In this document: positions 18,396-28,358 of the stretch, in pieces
Layout: every line of letters starts with the position of its first letter
Position numbering within the stretch: position 1 is the first letter of the stretch
Assembly: GCA_965216755.1 (NCBI GenBank)
Contig: CBDCGL010000011.1
Span: forward strand, 2,336,001 to 2,400,000
Reading direction: 5' to 3'
Length of the DNA: 64,000 nucleotides
DNA from: Alphaproteobacteria bacterium
GTDB taxonomy: Bacteria > Pseudomonadota > Alphaproteobacteria > UBA7887
Program-made: the position numbers and the translations under genes
Notes under the pieces: model-generated
What the model was told of the DNA's origin: nothing
Seen by the model: the letters and a program-made list of their open reading frames with translations, nothing else
Databases searched by the model: none

Positions 18396-19442
18396 GTGAT
18401 CGACGATCGCATCGAGGACAAATGGATCGATGCTTTCGCCGCGGTGTTTGCCGCGTGCAAGGTCGATACCGGAACCACGGTCGCCATCTTATCCGAAACC
18501 CAATCGCGTCCGCTCAATGTGCGTTTGGCGGAACTCGCCTTGCTACGACTGGGCGCCCGCGCCTTTCATGTCGTCGTACCGACGCCCAGGCAATCGGCCC
18601 CGGTGCCCGTGCGATCGACCGGCGCGTCAGCTGCGGTGCAAGGTTTGGCGCCCGTCGTCGGCGCGCTGGGACAAAGTGAACTGGTCGTCGACCTGACCGT
18701 GGAAGGCATGCTGCATGCGCGCGAGCTACCCGAGATATTGAAAGCGGGCGCCCGACTGTTGATGATCAGTAACGAGCACCCGGAGGCGCTGGAACGGTTG
18801 GCGCCGGACCCGGCCTTGGCGGCCAAGGTCAAACACGGCATCGGCCTGCTGAAGGCCGCCAAGACCATGAAGGTCTTGTCCGCGGCAGGCACTGATCTGT
18901 CGATCGATGTTGGCGCCGCACGGGTCGGCGGCGTTTGGGGCACGTGCGAAAAGCCGGGCCAGGTCGCCCATTGGCCGGGTGGCTTGTGTTTGTGTTTCCC
19001 GCCGACCGGGGCGGTCAACGGCAAACTGGTGCTCGATGTCGGCGATGTGAATTTGACCTTCAAGCGCTATCTTGAAAGCCCCATTCGATTGACAATCGAA
19101 TCCGACTATGTGACCGCAATCGACGGCGATGGTTTGGATGCGGCCCTGATGCGCAGCTACTTCGAGGCCTGGAACGATCGCGACGCCTACGCGGTCAGCC
19201 ATGTCGGCTGGGGCATGAACCCGGCGGCGCGCTGGGACGCCATGACCATGTACGACCGGCGCGATATCAACGGCACCGAATTGCGGGCATTTGCCGGCAA
19301 TTTCCTCTATTCCACCGGCGCCAACGAGGTTGCCGGCCGCTACACGCTCGGCCACTTCGATCTGCCCATGCGCCAGTGCACAGTGACCCTCGACGGTGAC
19401 ACCGTCGTCGATCGCGGCCGTCTCGCCGAATCGCTGCGCTAG
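18396..19442 (+). CDS. NicX-like (2,5-dihydroxypyridine 5,6-dioxygenase / peptidase M29 fold) protein
   Basis: HWPGG, SHVGWGMNP, ELRAFAGNFLYSTGANE and GHFDLPM match the NicX family pattern. Confidence 0.75.
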   Translation: MIDDRIEDKWIDAFAAVFAACKVDTGTTVAILSETQSRPLNVRLAELALLRLGARAFHVVVPTPRQSAPVPVRSTGASAAVQGLAPVVGALGQSELVVDLTVEGMLHARELPEILKAGARLLMISNEHPEALERLAPDPALAAKVKHGIGLLKAAKTMKVLSAAGTDLSIDVGAARVGGVWGTCEKPGQVAHWPGGLCLCFPPTGAVNGKLVLDVGDVNLTFKRYLESPIRLTIESDYVTAIDGDGLDAALMRSYFEAWNDRDAYAVSHVGWGMNPAARWDAMTMYDRRDINGTELRAFAGNFLYSTGANEVAGRYTLGHFDLPMRQCTVTLDGDTVVDRGRLAESLR

Positions 19443-19448
19443 CAACCG

Positions 19449-20237
19449 GTGACCGCGCTCGGCGACATCTTGGTGCCCGCCCACCGCATGATAGGCGACG
19501 GCCCTGATACGATACTGTTCCTGCACGGATTGGGCGGTGATCGGACCAGTTGGGACCGGCAGCATGGTGCGTTCGGCACACGCTATCGCACGGTGTCCTG
19601 GGACATGCCTGGTTACGGCGAGTCGGCGGCGTTACCCGACTTGACCTTCGACACCCTGGCCGATGCGGTGTTGCGGTTGATGGACGCCATCGGCGCCGCA
19701 CAGGTCCACCTTGTCGGCCACTCCATGGGCGGCATGATCGCGCAGCGCGTGGCCGCACGCGCGGCCGAGCGGCTGCTGTCGTTGACCCTGTTTGCCACGA
19801 CCGCACGTTTCGGCGGCGACGAATCTTGGCAAGAGCGGTTTCTGGCGCAACGTTTGAGGCCGCTTGATGAGGGCCGGACGCCAGCGGACTTGGCCCCCCT
19901 GGTCGTACAGGACTTGATCGGTGACGCCGCCGATGCGGACGGCGTCGCGGCGGCGATCGCCAGCATGAGCCGGATCAGCGCGCCGGCCTATCGCGCCGCA
20001 CTTCAGTGTCTGGTGACGTTTGACGGCCGTCAGACGCTAGCCAACATTGACGCGCCGACTTTCGTACTGGCCGCGGAGAATGATCGCACAGCACCGGTCA
20101 AGGCCATGCGCCGCTTGGCGAACGCGATTGTAGATAGTCGTTTTGTGGTCCTCCTGGGCGCCGGCCACTTGGCCAATTTGGAACGACCCGATGTGTTCAA
20201 TCGCATACTCGCTGACTTCCTCGCCGAAATCGGCTAA
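19449..20237 (+). CDS. Alpha/beta hydrolase (enol-lactonase/deformylase-like)
   Basis: LHGLGG, DMPGYG, GHSMGG nucleophile, GAGHL. Confidence 0.9.
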   Translation: MTALGDILVPAHRMIGDGPDTILFLHGLGGDRTSWDRQHGAFGTRYRTVSWDMPGYGESAALPDLTFDTLADAVLRLMDAIGAAQVHLVGHSMGGMIAQRVAARAAERLLSLTLFATTARFGGDESWQERFLAQRLRPLDEGRTPADLAPLVVQDLIGDAADADGVAAAIASMSRISAPAYRAALQCLVTFDGRQTLANIDAPTFVLAAENDRTAPVKAMRRLANAIVDSRFVVLLGAGHLANLERPDVFNRILADFLAEIG

Positions 20238-20250
20238 TCAACACCGCATT

Positions 20251-21465
20251 ATGGATTTCGCACAGACGACAAAACAGCAAGAGCTGATCGCGCTGGTCCG
20301 CCGTTTGGGCCGCGAGCGGTTTGTCGAACGAGCCGCGCGCTACGACCAAGACGCGACGTTTCCCTTCGAAAATTATGATGATCTTCGCGACCATGGCTTG
20401 CTGGGCCTGTGCGTGCCGACGGAGTTTGGTGGCCTTGGCGCGGATTTCGAAACCTATTGTCTGGTGTCCGCCGAACTCGGCCGCTATTGCGGCGCCACGG
20501 CGCTGACCTACAATATGCATGCCTGTTCCATGCTGTGGTCCGGGGCCATGACCGATGATCTGGACATGTCATCGGCGCAGCGCGCCGACCATCGGTCGCG
20601 CCAAGCGCTGCATTGTAAGCGGGTGGTCGAAGACGGCGCGATCTATGCCCAACCATTTTCCGAAGGCAACGCGTCGGCGGCTGGCCGTGCGCCGTTCGGC
20701 ACTTTGGCGCGCAAGGTCGATGGCGGTTACATGCTCAATGGCAAGAAGATCTTTGCGTCACTTGCCGGCGCCGCCAGCTACTACGGGATCTTGTGCACCG
20801 AAGATGTCGACGACGCCAGCCGCAAGGACACGATCTATTTGGCCGTGTCGGCCGACGCCGCGGGATTTTCCGTGGTCGGCGATTGGGATCCGCTCGGCAT
20901 GCGCGGTACGGTCTCGCGCACGCTTCTGCTCAAGGATGTGTTCGTTCCGGACGACAATGAGCTGATGCCGCGCGGCATATATTATCAGGCCGCGAACCGA
21001 TGGCCGCACATGTTCATGACACTGGCCCCGACATATGTCGGTATCGCCCAGGCGGCCTATGACTTCACGGTCCAATATCTGCGCGGCGAAGTGCCGGGCA
21101 TGCCGCCGGTCAGGCGACGCATGTTTCCGACCAAGCAATTGACCGTCGCCGAGATGTTCGTGAAGCTGGAGCAGACGCGATCGCTGTTCCACCACGCCAT
21201 CAGCGAAGCGCGCGTCGACCCGCCCAAAGCGGCGCGGATGCGCGCCATGGCCGCTCAATTCACGATTATGGAAAACGCCAACGAACTCTGTCGGCTGGCC
21301 ATACGGACCTGCGGCGGGCAATCGATGTTGAAGTCCCTGCCCTTGGAACGGCTCTACCGCGACAGTCGTTGCGGATCTTTGATGCTACCGTTGACAGCCG
21401 AATTGTGCCTGGATCGGCTCGGGAAAGAGGCCCTGTACGAGCCGGGCGAAACCGATGACCAATGA
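20251..21465 (+). CDS. Acyl-CoA dehydrogenase family flavoprotein
   Basis: GGLGAD, LNGKKIFAS, WDPLGMRGT, LERLYRDSR. Confidence 0.9.
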   Translation: MDFAQTTKQQELIALVRRLGRERFVERAARYDQDATFPFENYDDLRDHGLLGLCVPTEFGGLGADFETYCLVSAELGRYCGATALTYNMHACSMLWSGAMTDDLDMSSAQRADHRSRQALHCKRVVEDGAIYAQPFSEGNASAAGRAPFGTLARKVDGGYMLNGKKIFASLAGAASYYGILCTEDVDDASRKDTIYLAVSADAAGFSVVGDWDPLGMRGTVSRTLLLKDVFVPDDNELMPRGIYYQAANRWPHMFMTLAPTYVGIAQAAYDFTVQYLRGEVPGMPPVRRRMFPTKQLTVAEMFVKLEQTRSLFHHAISEARVDPPKAARMRAMAAQFTIMENANELCRLAIRTCGGQSMLKSLPLERLYRDSRCGSLMLPLTAELCLDRLGKEALYEPGETDDQ

Positions 21466-21509
21466 TGTCGCCGATTTTGTGACGTCGTATCGGCCCAGGG
21501 TTTCCGAAC

Positions 21510-23024
21510 ATGTCGTTGGCGCATTGGATTGACGGATGGGCGGCACATACGCCCGGTAAGGTTGCCGTGCGCTGCGCGGACGCCAAGATCACGTATGCCG
21601 CGCTAGCCGCCGATATACGCCGGCTCGCCGGTGTCCTTGACGGTCCACTCGGGCTCACGGCAGGTGACCGCGTTGCCTTTTTGGGCCTCAACAGCCCGAC
21701 ATTGCTGTCGGTCCTGTTTGCCTGCGTCCGCATCGGCGCGGTGTTCGTGCCGCTCAACTGGCGGCTGACGGCCGAGGAACTTGGCTTCATGTTGGACCAT
21801 TCGGGTGCGGCGGCGGTGTTCGCCGACCAGGCCTTTGTCCCGACACTCGAAACCCTGAAAGATCGGCTCGCGGACCGCGTCTTGATCACAACCGACGGCG
21901 TGGCCAGCTCAGCCGACAGCTTGAATTCACTGAAACGACATGCCAAGGACCTGGATCGTCCGGCCCGCTTACCGGGCGACGCACCGGCATTGATGGCCTA
22001 TACGTCCGGCACTACGGGGGTGCCCAAGGGCGCTATTCTGAGCCGCGAATCGTTCTTGTGGAATGCGGTCAATTGTACCCAAATGCACGACCTTACCGCC
22101 GACGACCATGTCTTAGCGACCATCCCCATGTTTCACGTCGGCGGTATCAACATTCAGTCACTGCCGACGTTGCACGCCGGTGCGACGCTGACCATCCATA
22201 GCCGCTTCGACCCAGGGACCACGCTCGCCACGATTGGCCGAGATCGCCCGACTTTGACCATCCTTGTGCCGACCCAAATGGCGGCGGTGACCGAGCATCC
22301 CGATTGGCCAACCACCGACCTTTCCAGCCTGCGCATGGTCACCACCGGTTCAACCATGGTGCCGGTGTCCTTGATCGAAAGGTTTCACGAACGCGGCGTG
22401 CCGGTTGTGCAGGTTTTCGGCGCCACAGAGACCGGCGGCATCGCCGTCTATCAGCGCCGCGCCGATGCGTGCCGCACATTGGGGTCAACGGGCAAGGCCG
22501 CCATACACTGTCAATTCCGGGTGGTCGACGACAGTGGCCAAGACGTGCGGACCGGCGTCTCAGGCGAAATCTGGGTGCGCGGCCCAACTGTGATGACCGG
22601 CTACTGGCAGGACCCGGCAGCGACAGCGGCCGCGCTTCGCGACGGCTGGTTTCTCACCGGCGACATCGGCCATTGCGACAGCGACGGCAATCTCTTTATC
22701 GACGATCGCAAGAAAGACATGATTATTTCCGGTGGCGAGAACATCTATCCGGCCGAATTGGAGAACATCCTCGCCGACTGCGCCGACATCGCAGAGGCCA
22801 CCGTCGTCGCCGGCGCCGATCCCCATTGGGGCGAGGTGCCGGTCGCCGTTATTGTCGCCAAACCAGACGCATCATTGACCGACGATGCCGTGCGGGCCTT
22901 GTTTGTCGATCGTCTGGCCCGCTATAAGCACCCGCGCCGCATTGTCTTTGCCGACGCGCTGCCGCGCAACGCGATGGGCAAGGTTCGCAAAGACGCCGTT
23001 CGCGATATGATCAGTCAAACTTAG
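21510..23024 (+). CDS. Acyl/aryl-CoA synthetase (AMP-binding)
   Basis: YTSGTTGVPKG, FGATETG, GWFLTGDIG, DRKKDMIISGGENIYP, LPRNAMGK. Confidence 0.93.
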   Translation: MSLAHWIDGWAAHTPGKVAVRCADAKITYAALAADIRRLAGVLDGPLGLTAGDRVAFLGLNSPTLLSVLFACVRIGAVFVPLNWRLTAEELGFMLDHSGAAAVFADQAFVPTLETLKDRLADRVLITTDGVASSADSLNSLKRHAKDLDRPARLPGDAPALMAYTSGTTGVPKGAILSRESFLWNAVNCTQMHDLTADDHVLATIPMFHVGGINIQSLPTLHAGATLTIHSRFDPGTTLATIGRDRPTLTILVPTQMAAVTEHPDWPTTDLSSLRMVTTGSTMVPVSLIERFHERGVPVVQVFGATETGGIAVYQRRADACRTLGSTGKAAIHCQFRVVDDSGQDVRTGVSGEIWVRGPTVMTGYWQDPAATAAALRDGWFLTGDIGHCDSDGNLFIDDRKKDMIISGGENIYPAELENILADCADIAEATVVAGADPHWGEVPVAVIVAKPDASLTDDAVRALFVDRLARYKHPRRIVFADALPRNAMGKVRKDAVRDMISQT

Positions 23025-23061
23025 CTCATACTCACAACGCAGCGCGAAGGTTGATACGATT

Positions 23062-24084
23062 ATGAGACCCCGGACTTTGGCCGCCGCCATGGCGGTTTTC
23101 GTGTTGGCATCGATCCATGGCGCGCCCGCTCTCGGACAAGAAACGCTGCGCCTTTCGAGTTGGGTCCCGCCAAGTCACATTTTGGTTCGCGATGCGCTGA
23201 TCCCCTGGGCCGAAGAGGTTGAAGAGGCGACCGGCGGCAGTCTTAAGATCGATATCCTGAAAACGCCGGTCGGCAAACCACCCGCGCATTTCGATATCGC
23301 GCTGGATGGCCTGGCCGACATCACCTATGGCGTGCACGGCTACACGCCGGGCCGTTTCGTCCTGACCCAAGCTGTCGAACTGCCCTTCCAAAGCGATAGC
23401 GCGGAAGCGCTTTCTGTGGCTTTTTGGCGCGTTCATGAACAGATTTTCGCCACGGCCAATGAGCATCGGGGCGTGCATTTATTGGGCCTGTGGACCCACG
23501 GCCCCGGGCAAATATTCAATGCCCAGCGACCGATCACCAGCGTTACAGATTTCGAGGGCCTGAAGTTCCGGGTCGGCGGCGGCTTGGTGAGCCGCATATC
23601 CGAACTGCTTGGCACCGTGCAAGTCTCGGCGCCCGCCACCAAAGCCTATGAGTTGTTGTCCAACGGCGTCGCCGACGGGATCTTTTTTCCCAGCGAGTCG
23701 ATACCTTTCTTCAATTTGGTCGACCTGGTGCCGCATGCCACGTTGGTCCCCGGCGGCCTTTACAATTCGAGCTTCTTTTTGATCATGAACCAGGCCCGGT
23801 GGGACAGCCTGACGCCGGAGCAGCAAGAGACTGTGACGTCGCTTTCCGGTGAGGCGCTGGCGCGTCGTATCGGGCAGGCTTGGGATGCCGGCGATGTCGA
23901 TGGCCTGAGCACCATGCGCGCCGCTGGATCGCAAGTGATCGGCATGGATGACGCGTTTCTTGCCCAAGTGCGTGACCGACTAGCGCCGCTGGAAGCAGAT
24001 TGGATCGAACGAGCCGTCGGCCGCGAAGTCGACGGGACCGCCGCCCTCGCCGCGCTGCGACGTGAAATTGCCGACGCACGCTAG
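23062..24084 (+). CDS. TRAP transporter substrate-binding protein DctP
   Basis: Signal peptide; SSWVPPSH; GLKFR with the conserved Arg; YELLSNGVADG. Confidence 0.92.
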   Translation: MRPRTLAAAMAVFVLASIHGAPALGQETLRLSSWVPPSHILVRDALIPWAEEVEEATGGSLKIDILKTPVGKPPAHFDIALDGLADITYGVHGYTPGRFVLTQAVELPFQSDSAEALSVAFWRVHEQIFATANEHRGVHLLGLWTHGPGQIFNAQRPITSVTDFEGLKFRVGGGLVSRISELLGTVQVSAPATKAYELLSNGVADGIFFPSESIPFFNLVDLVPHATLVPGGLYNSSFFLIMNQARWDSLTPEQQETVTSLSGEALARRIGQAWDAGDVDGLSTMRAAGSQVIGMDDAFLAQVRDRLAPLEADWIERAVGREVDGTAALAALRREIADAR

Positions 24085-24087
24085 GCC

Positions 24088-24615
24088 ATGTCCGATCCCA
24101 ACCGTCGTGCGGCGGATCTAAACAAGACGCTGCCGGGCACGGCGCTCGTGCGTTGGTTGGGACCAATCGCCGCTGTGTTTCTGTTTGCCATGATGATCGT
24201 TACGGTCATCGACGTCGTTGGTCGCTATCTGTTTGCGCGGCCTTTGCCCGGTGCCTTTGAGTTGACAGAAATCATGATGGCCGTGCTGATTTTTTCCGCG
24301 TTACCGCTGATCAGTGCACGCGATGGCCATATCGCCGTCGGGTTGCTGGATCATCTCACCGGTCCGCGCCTGGCGCAGCTGCGCGATGTCGTCATTGCCG
24401 TGCTCGGCGGCGTTGTGACCGCCACCATCAGCGTGCGCCTGTGGATCTTGGGCGACCGGCTGCGAAGCTATGGCGACGTGTTTGAGTTCGTCGGCCTGGC
24501 GAAATATGTCGTCGCCTATACCTTGTCTGTTTTGGCGATGGTCACGGCCTTGGTCATGGTCGCCAAACTGCGCCGCGCAATACGTGCGCTCTGGACCGCA
24601 CCGAAAGACGCGTAG
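24088..24615 (+). CDS. TRAP small permease DctQ
   Basis: DVVGRYLF..PLPGAFELTE, GHIAV; 4 TM. Confidence 0.9.
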   Translation: MSDPNRRAADLNKTLPGTALVRWLGPIAAVFLFAMMIVTVIDVVGRYLFARPLPGAFELTEIMMAVLIFSALPLISARDGHIAVGLLDHLTGPRLAQLRDVVIAVLGGVVTATISVRLWILGDRLRSYGDVFEFVGLAKYVVAYTLSVLAMVTALVMVAKLRRAIRALWTAPKDA

Positions 24616-24618
24616 GCC

Positions 24619-25911
24619 GTGACCCTGGCGATCGTCGGCATCGGTGCATTGCTGCTCTTGATTCTGCTGCGCGTGCCGATCGCTTTCGCCATGGCGCTGG
24701 TTGGATTCATTGGCATTGCCGGCCTGATCAACAACTCGGCCGCATTGGCCATGGTCGGTCAAGTCACTTTCGATACGGGCCTGTCCTACGAACTGTCGGT
24801 GGTCCCCCTGTTCGTGCTAATGGGCAATTTCGTCGCCCGCGCCGGATTGTCCGACGAATTGTACGAGGCTTCGCACGCCTGGCTTGGCCACCATCGTGGC
24901 GGCCTGGCGATGGCGACCATCGTCGCGTGTGGCGGTTTCAGCGCGATTTGTGGGTCAAGTTTGGCGACCGCGGCAACGATGGCCCGGGTCGCCATGCCGC
25001 CGATGCGCCGCTACGGCTACGCCGATTCGCTGGCAGCCGGCGCGATCGCGGCCGGCGGCACGCTGGGCATTTTGATACCGCCAAGTGTGGTGTTGGTGCT
25101 CTACGGCGTCATGACCGGACAAGATATCGGTCTGCTGTTCGCCGCAGGTCTGATTCCGGGACTGATCGGCATCATTTGCTATGTCGGCGCCGTTGTCGTG
25201 GTCACGCGTCGACACCCTGCTGCCGGGCCGCGCGCCGACCCACAGGCGTTGGCGGCGCGCTGGCGTGCCTTGCGCGCTGTGTGGGGGGTATTGGTCCTGT
25301 TTGTCGTGGTGATGGGCGGGATCTATGGCGGTGTCTTCACACCAACCGAAGCGGCCGGCATCGGGGCCGCGGGCGGGTTCGTGTTTGCCCTGGCGAGGCG
25401 TCGCCTGAACTGGCGCAGCTTGGGTGAGATCCTGGTGCAATCTGCCGAAACCACGGCGATGTTGTTTTTCGTTCTGATCGGCGCGTTGATTTTTGCGGCG
25501 TTCGTCAACCTGGCCGGGCTGCCGAATGCGTTGGCCGACTGGACCGGTGGGCTGGCATTGCCGCCACTCGCGATCATTGCGATTATCTTATTGATTTATC
25601 TGGCACTTGGATGCGTATTGGAAAGCCTGTCCATGGTCCTGCTGACCGTGCCTGTGCTCTATCCCTTGGTGGCCGGCCTCGGCTACGATTTGGTGTGGTT
25701 TGGCATCATCGTCGTTGTCGCGACCGAAATCAGCTTGATCACGCCGCCGGTCGGCTTGAACGTTTTTGTTCTCAAGGACGCGTTGGGTGATGTCTCGACC
25801 GCCACCATTTTTCGCGGCGTCGTGCCGTTTTGGTGTGCGGATATCATACGCTTGGCGCTGATTGTCACAGTCCCTCCCATCGCGTTGTGGCTGCCGCAAT
25901 GGCTCGGCTGA
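24619..25911 (+). CDS. TRAP large permease DctM
   Basis: GSSLATAAT, GGTLGILIPPS, FTPTEAA, ITPPVGLN. Confidence 0.95.
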   Translation: MTLAIVGIGALLLLILLRVPIAFAMALVGFIGIAGLINNSAALAMVGQVTFDTGLSYELSVVPLFVLMGNFVARAGLSDELYEASHAWLGHHRGGLAMATIVACGGFSAICGSSLATAATMARVAMPPMRRYGYADSLAAGAIAAGGTLGILIPPSVVLVLYGVMTGQDIGLLFAAGLIPGLIGIICYVGAVVVVTRRHPAAGPRADPQALAARWRALRAVWGVLVLFVVVMGGIYGGVFTPTEAAGIGAAGGFVFALARRRLNWRSLGEILVQSAETTAMLFFVLIGALIFAAFVNLAGLPNALADWTGGLALPPLAIIAIILLIYLALGCVLESLSMVLLTVPVLYPLVAGLGYDLVWFGIIVVVATEISLITPPVGLNVFVLKDALGDVSTATIFRGVVPFWCADIIRLALIVTVPPIALWLPQWLG

Positions 25912-25983
25912 CGCACCCACACGGCCATCATCTGCTATAACCGCGCCAAAATCCCGCACATCGCATGGGCCAGGAGGATATGA

Positions 25984-26382
25984 ATGTCGTTTCAGAATGT
26001 GCGCAGCGGACTGATCGCCTGTTCGCTGTTCGGCCTGTGTCTGGCCACGCCCGCCGGCGCACAGAGCGATGGCGACACGGCCGCAGGTGAAAAGGCTTTT
26101 AAGACGCTCTGCGGCCTTTGCCACACGGTTGAAAGCGGCGGCCGCAACAAGGTCGGCCCGAATCTGCACGGTTTGATCGGTGCGACCGCAGGCCAATTGG
26201 AAGGTTACGCCTATTCCGCGAGCCATCGCGAATCCGGTTTCGTCTTCGACGAGGCCGGCTTGGACACGTATATCGGAAACCCAAAGGGTACCATCGACGG
26301 AACCAAAAAATCCATTGCTGGCATCGTTGATGCGCAAAAGCGCGCAAATATCATTGCCTTTTTGCGGCAAGCGACTCAGTAG
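25984..26382 (+). CDS. Class I cytochrome c (c2-like) lacking the axial Met
   Basis: Signal peptide, CGLCH heme motif, KVGPNLHG, YAYS; GTKKSIAG where GTKMxFxG is canonical. Confidence 0.88.
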   Translation: MSFQNVRSGLIACSLFGLCLATPAGAQSDGDTAAGEKAFKTLCGLCHTVESGGRNKVGPNLHGLIGATAGQLEGYAYSASHRESGFVFDEAGLDTYIGNPKGTIDGTKKSIAGIVDAQKRANIIAFLRQATQ

Positions 26383-26444
26383 CGGCTGAACGCCGCGACG
26401 CACAAAGTTGACCGGTGACCTTCCCATAAAAGATCGGTTGAGCA

Positions 26445-27593
26445 ATGCCCATGCATGCGGACTTCTTGGTGATTGGCGCCGGCATCGCCGGCGTTTCCGC
26501 CGCCGACACACTCGCGGCCCGCGGCCGTGTGATCGTGCTCGAACGTGAGTCGCAACCCGCCTATCACACGACTGGCCGTTCGGCGTCGTACTTCACGCTG
26601 AACTACGGCAATGACCTGATTCGCGCCCTGACCAAGGCCAGTCAGTCATTCCTGACCACGCCACCGGACGGTTTTAGCGCGCATCCGTTGATGACCCCGC
26701 TCGGCGCCCTGACCATCGCCCGCGCTGATCAACTGTCCAGTTTCGAACAAAACCTTTCTGACGCACAGAAGCTGGTGCCGGAAATCAGCCCCATTACGGT
26801 GACAGAAGCGCGCGCCATGGTCCCTGCGTTGCGGGACGACACTGTCGCCGCCGTTCATTACGAGCCGGATGCGCAATATATGGATGTGGACTTGATCCAC
26901 GGCGGCTTCCTGCGGCGCATGCGGGCGCGTGGCGGTGAGTTGGTGTGCGACGCGGAGGTAAAGGCGCTGCGGCGCGACGGTGGAACGTGGCACGTCGCAA
27001 CCGCGGCCGGTACGTACGACGCGCCGATTGTCGTCAATGCCGCCGGCGCCTGGGCGGATGAAATCGCCGTGCACGCGGGTTTGGCGCCGCTTGGCTTGGT
27101 GCCAAAGCGCCGCACTGTAATTCTCTTTGCAGCGCCGTCCGGAACAACAGTCGCAAGTTGGCCCTTGGTGCTGGATGTCGATGAGGAATTCTACTTCCGA
27201 GGAGATGCCGGCAAGGTGTTGGCCAGCCCGGCCGACGCGACACCGTCGCCCCCTTGCGACAGTCAGCCAGAGGATTTGGACATTGCCGTGACGGTCGATC
27301 GCATCGAAACGGCGACCACCATGACGGTTCCCAGAATTGAACACAAATGGGCCGGATTGCGCAGCTTCTATTCCGACAATACGCCTGTCGTGGGGACGGA
27401 CCCACATACCGAAGGTTTCGTGTGGCTGGCCGGTCAAGGCGGCTATGGCATCATGACATCACCCGCCATGGCCGAGGCCGCATGCGCGTGCGCAACGGGT
27501 GATGCCTGGCCCGAGAGTTTGGCGGCCGTCGGCGTGACCATGGCCGATCTCGCCGCCGATCGTGACACGTTGCGATCGGTCACACGTGACTAG
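26445..27593 (+). CDS. FAD-dependent D-amino acid dehydrogenase (DauA-like)
   Basis: GAGIAG, ERESQPAYHTTGRSA, VNAAGAWAD, WAGLRSF, GQGGYGI. Confidence 0.85.
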   Translation: MPMHADFLVIGAGIAGVSAADTLAARGRVIVLERESQPAYHTTGRSASYFTLNYGNDLIRALTKASQSFLTTPPDGFSAHPLMTPLGALTIARADQLSSFEQNLSDAQKLVPEISPITVTEARAMVPALRDDTVAAVHYEPDAQYMDVDLIHGGFLRRMRARGGELVCDAEVKALRRDGGTWHVATAAGTYDAPIVVNAAGAWADEIAVHAGLAPLGLVPKRRTVILFAAPSGTTVASWPLVLDVDEEFYFRGDAGKVLASPADATPSPPCDSQPEDLDIAVTVDRIETATTMTVPRIEHKWAGLRSFYSDNTPVVGTDPHTEGFVWLAGQGGYGIMTSPAMAEAACACATGDAWPESLAAVGVTMADLAADRDTLRSVTRD

Positions 27594-28327
27594 GGGTATG
27601 CGCAGCGCTGCGCCGAAACAACGACGAATCCATCGGTATCCGCCGGTGTCATGACGAAACGAAACTCGCGGTCCCCAAGAACAACCGAATGACGCAGCGG
27701 CAAGGCGCCTTCCGCGCGGGTGACCTCGCCATCGATCACGGTGAACTCCGCGGTTACGGGCCCACCTGGATCGAAGCGCGCTTCGGCTTGACCGGCATCG
27801 CTGGTCGCCGGGAGGCCCTGTCCCGTCACCGCGATGCGATTGTCGGCGAATGTCACCACATGGTTTTCGCCGCTTGTGTAGGGGGTCTGCACAATGAATC
27901 GCCGACGAACGATCTCTTCGTCACACAACGCCTGATCGGCGGCATTTGCAATGACGAAACTAAGCCGATCGGCCGAGACTCCGTCTTTTAGGCGCGCAAT
28001 AACCGCAGCCACGACATCCTTCGCGACGCCACGCGGCACCTCTTTAGCGTAGCGTTTCTCGGCGTCGGCTCTACCTTCCTCGGCCGCCAGGCGGGCCACG
28101 ATGGCGCGATCCGCTTCCTCGCGCAAGCGCGTGTTTTCGACTCGCAACTGTGCAATTTGTTCGCGCAGGTCTTGATTGTCGGTACCTGAGCGCTGTTGGC
28201 CAAGGCTATAAGACCAATAAGAGATCGCCCCGATCAGAATCAGAAAGATGACAGTTTTGAAGAACCCGGCGCGTGCCCGGCGACGCCGTCGACCATCACG
28301 CCCGCCCAACTCCATGCCTAAGCTCAT
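27590..28327 (-). CDS. Hypothetical membrane-anchored coiled-coil protein
   Basis: Arg-rich N-terminus, one TM, coiled coil, beta-rich C-terminus with two Cys; co-oriented downstream of the MotB-like gene. Confidence 0.7.
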   Translation of the reverse strand: MSLGMELGGRDGRRRRRARAGFFKTVIFLILIGAISYWSYSLGQQRSGTDNQDLREQIAQLRVENTRLREEADRAIVARLAAEEGRADAEKRYAKEVPRGVAKDVVAAVIARLKDGVSADRLSFVIANAADQALCDEEIVRRRFIVQTPYTSGENHVVTFADNRIAVTGQGLPATSDAGQAEARFDPGGPVTAEFTVIDGEVTRAEGALPLRHSVVLGDREFRFVMTPADTDGFVVVSAQRCAYP

Positions 28328-28358
28328 TAGAGCAGTATCCGATAATATCGCGCCACTG

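Noticed and set aside
12019-27593. Convergent gene pairs sharing a CTAG stop overlap (12019-12022 and 27590-27593)
   Set aside because: A common 4-nt convergent overlap; no evidence of special function.
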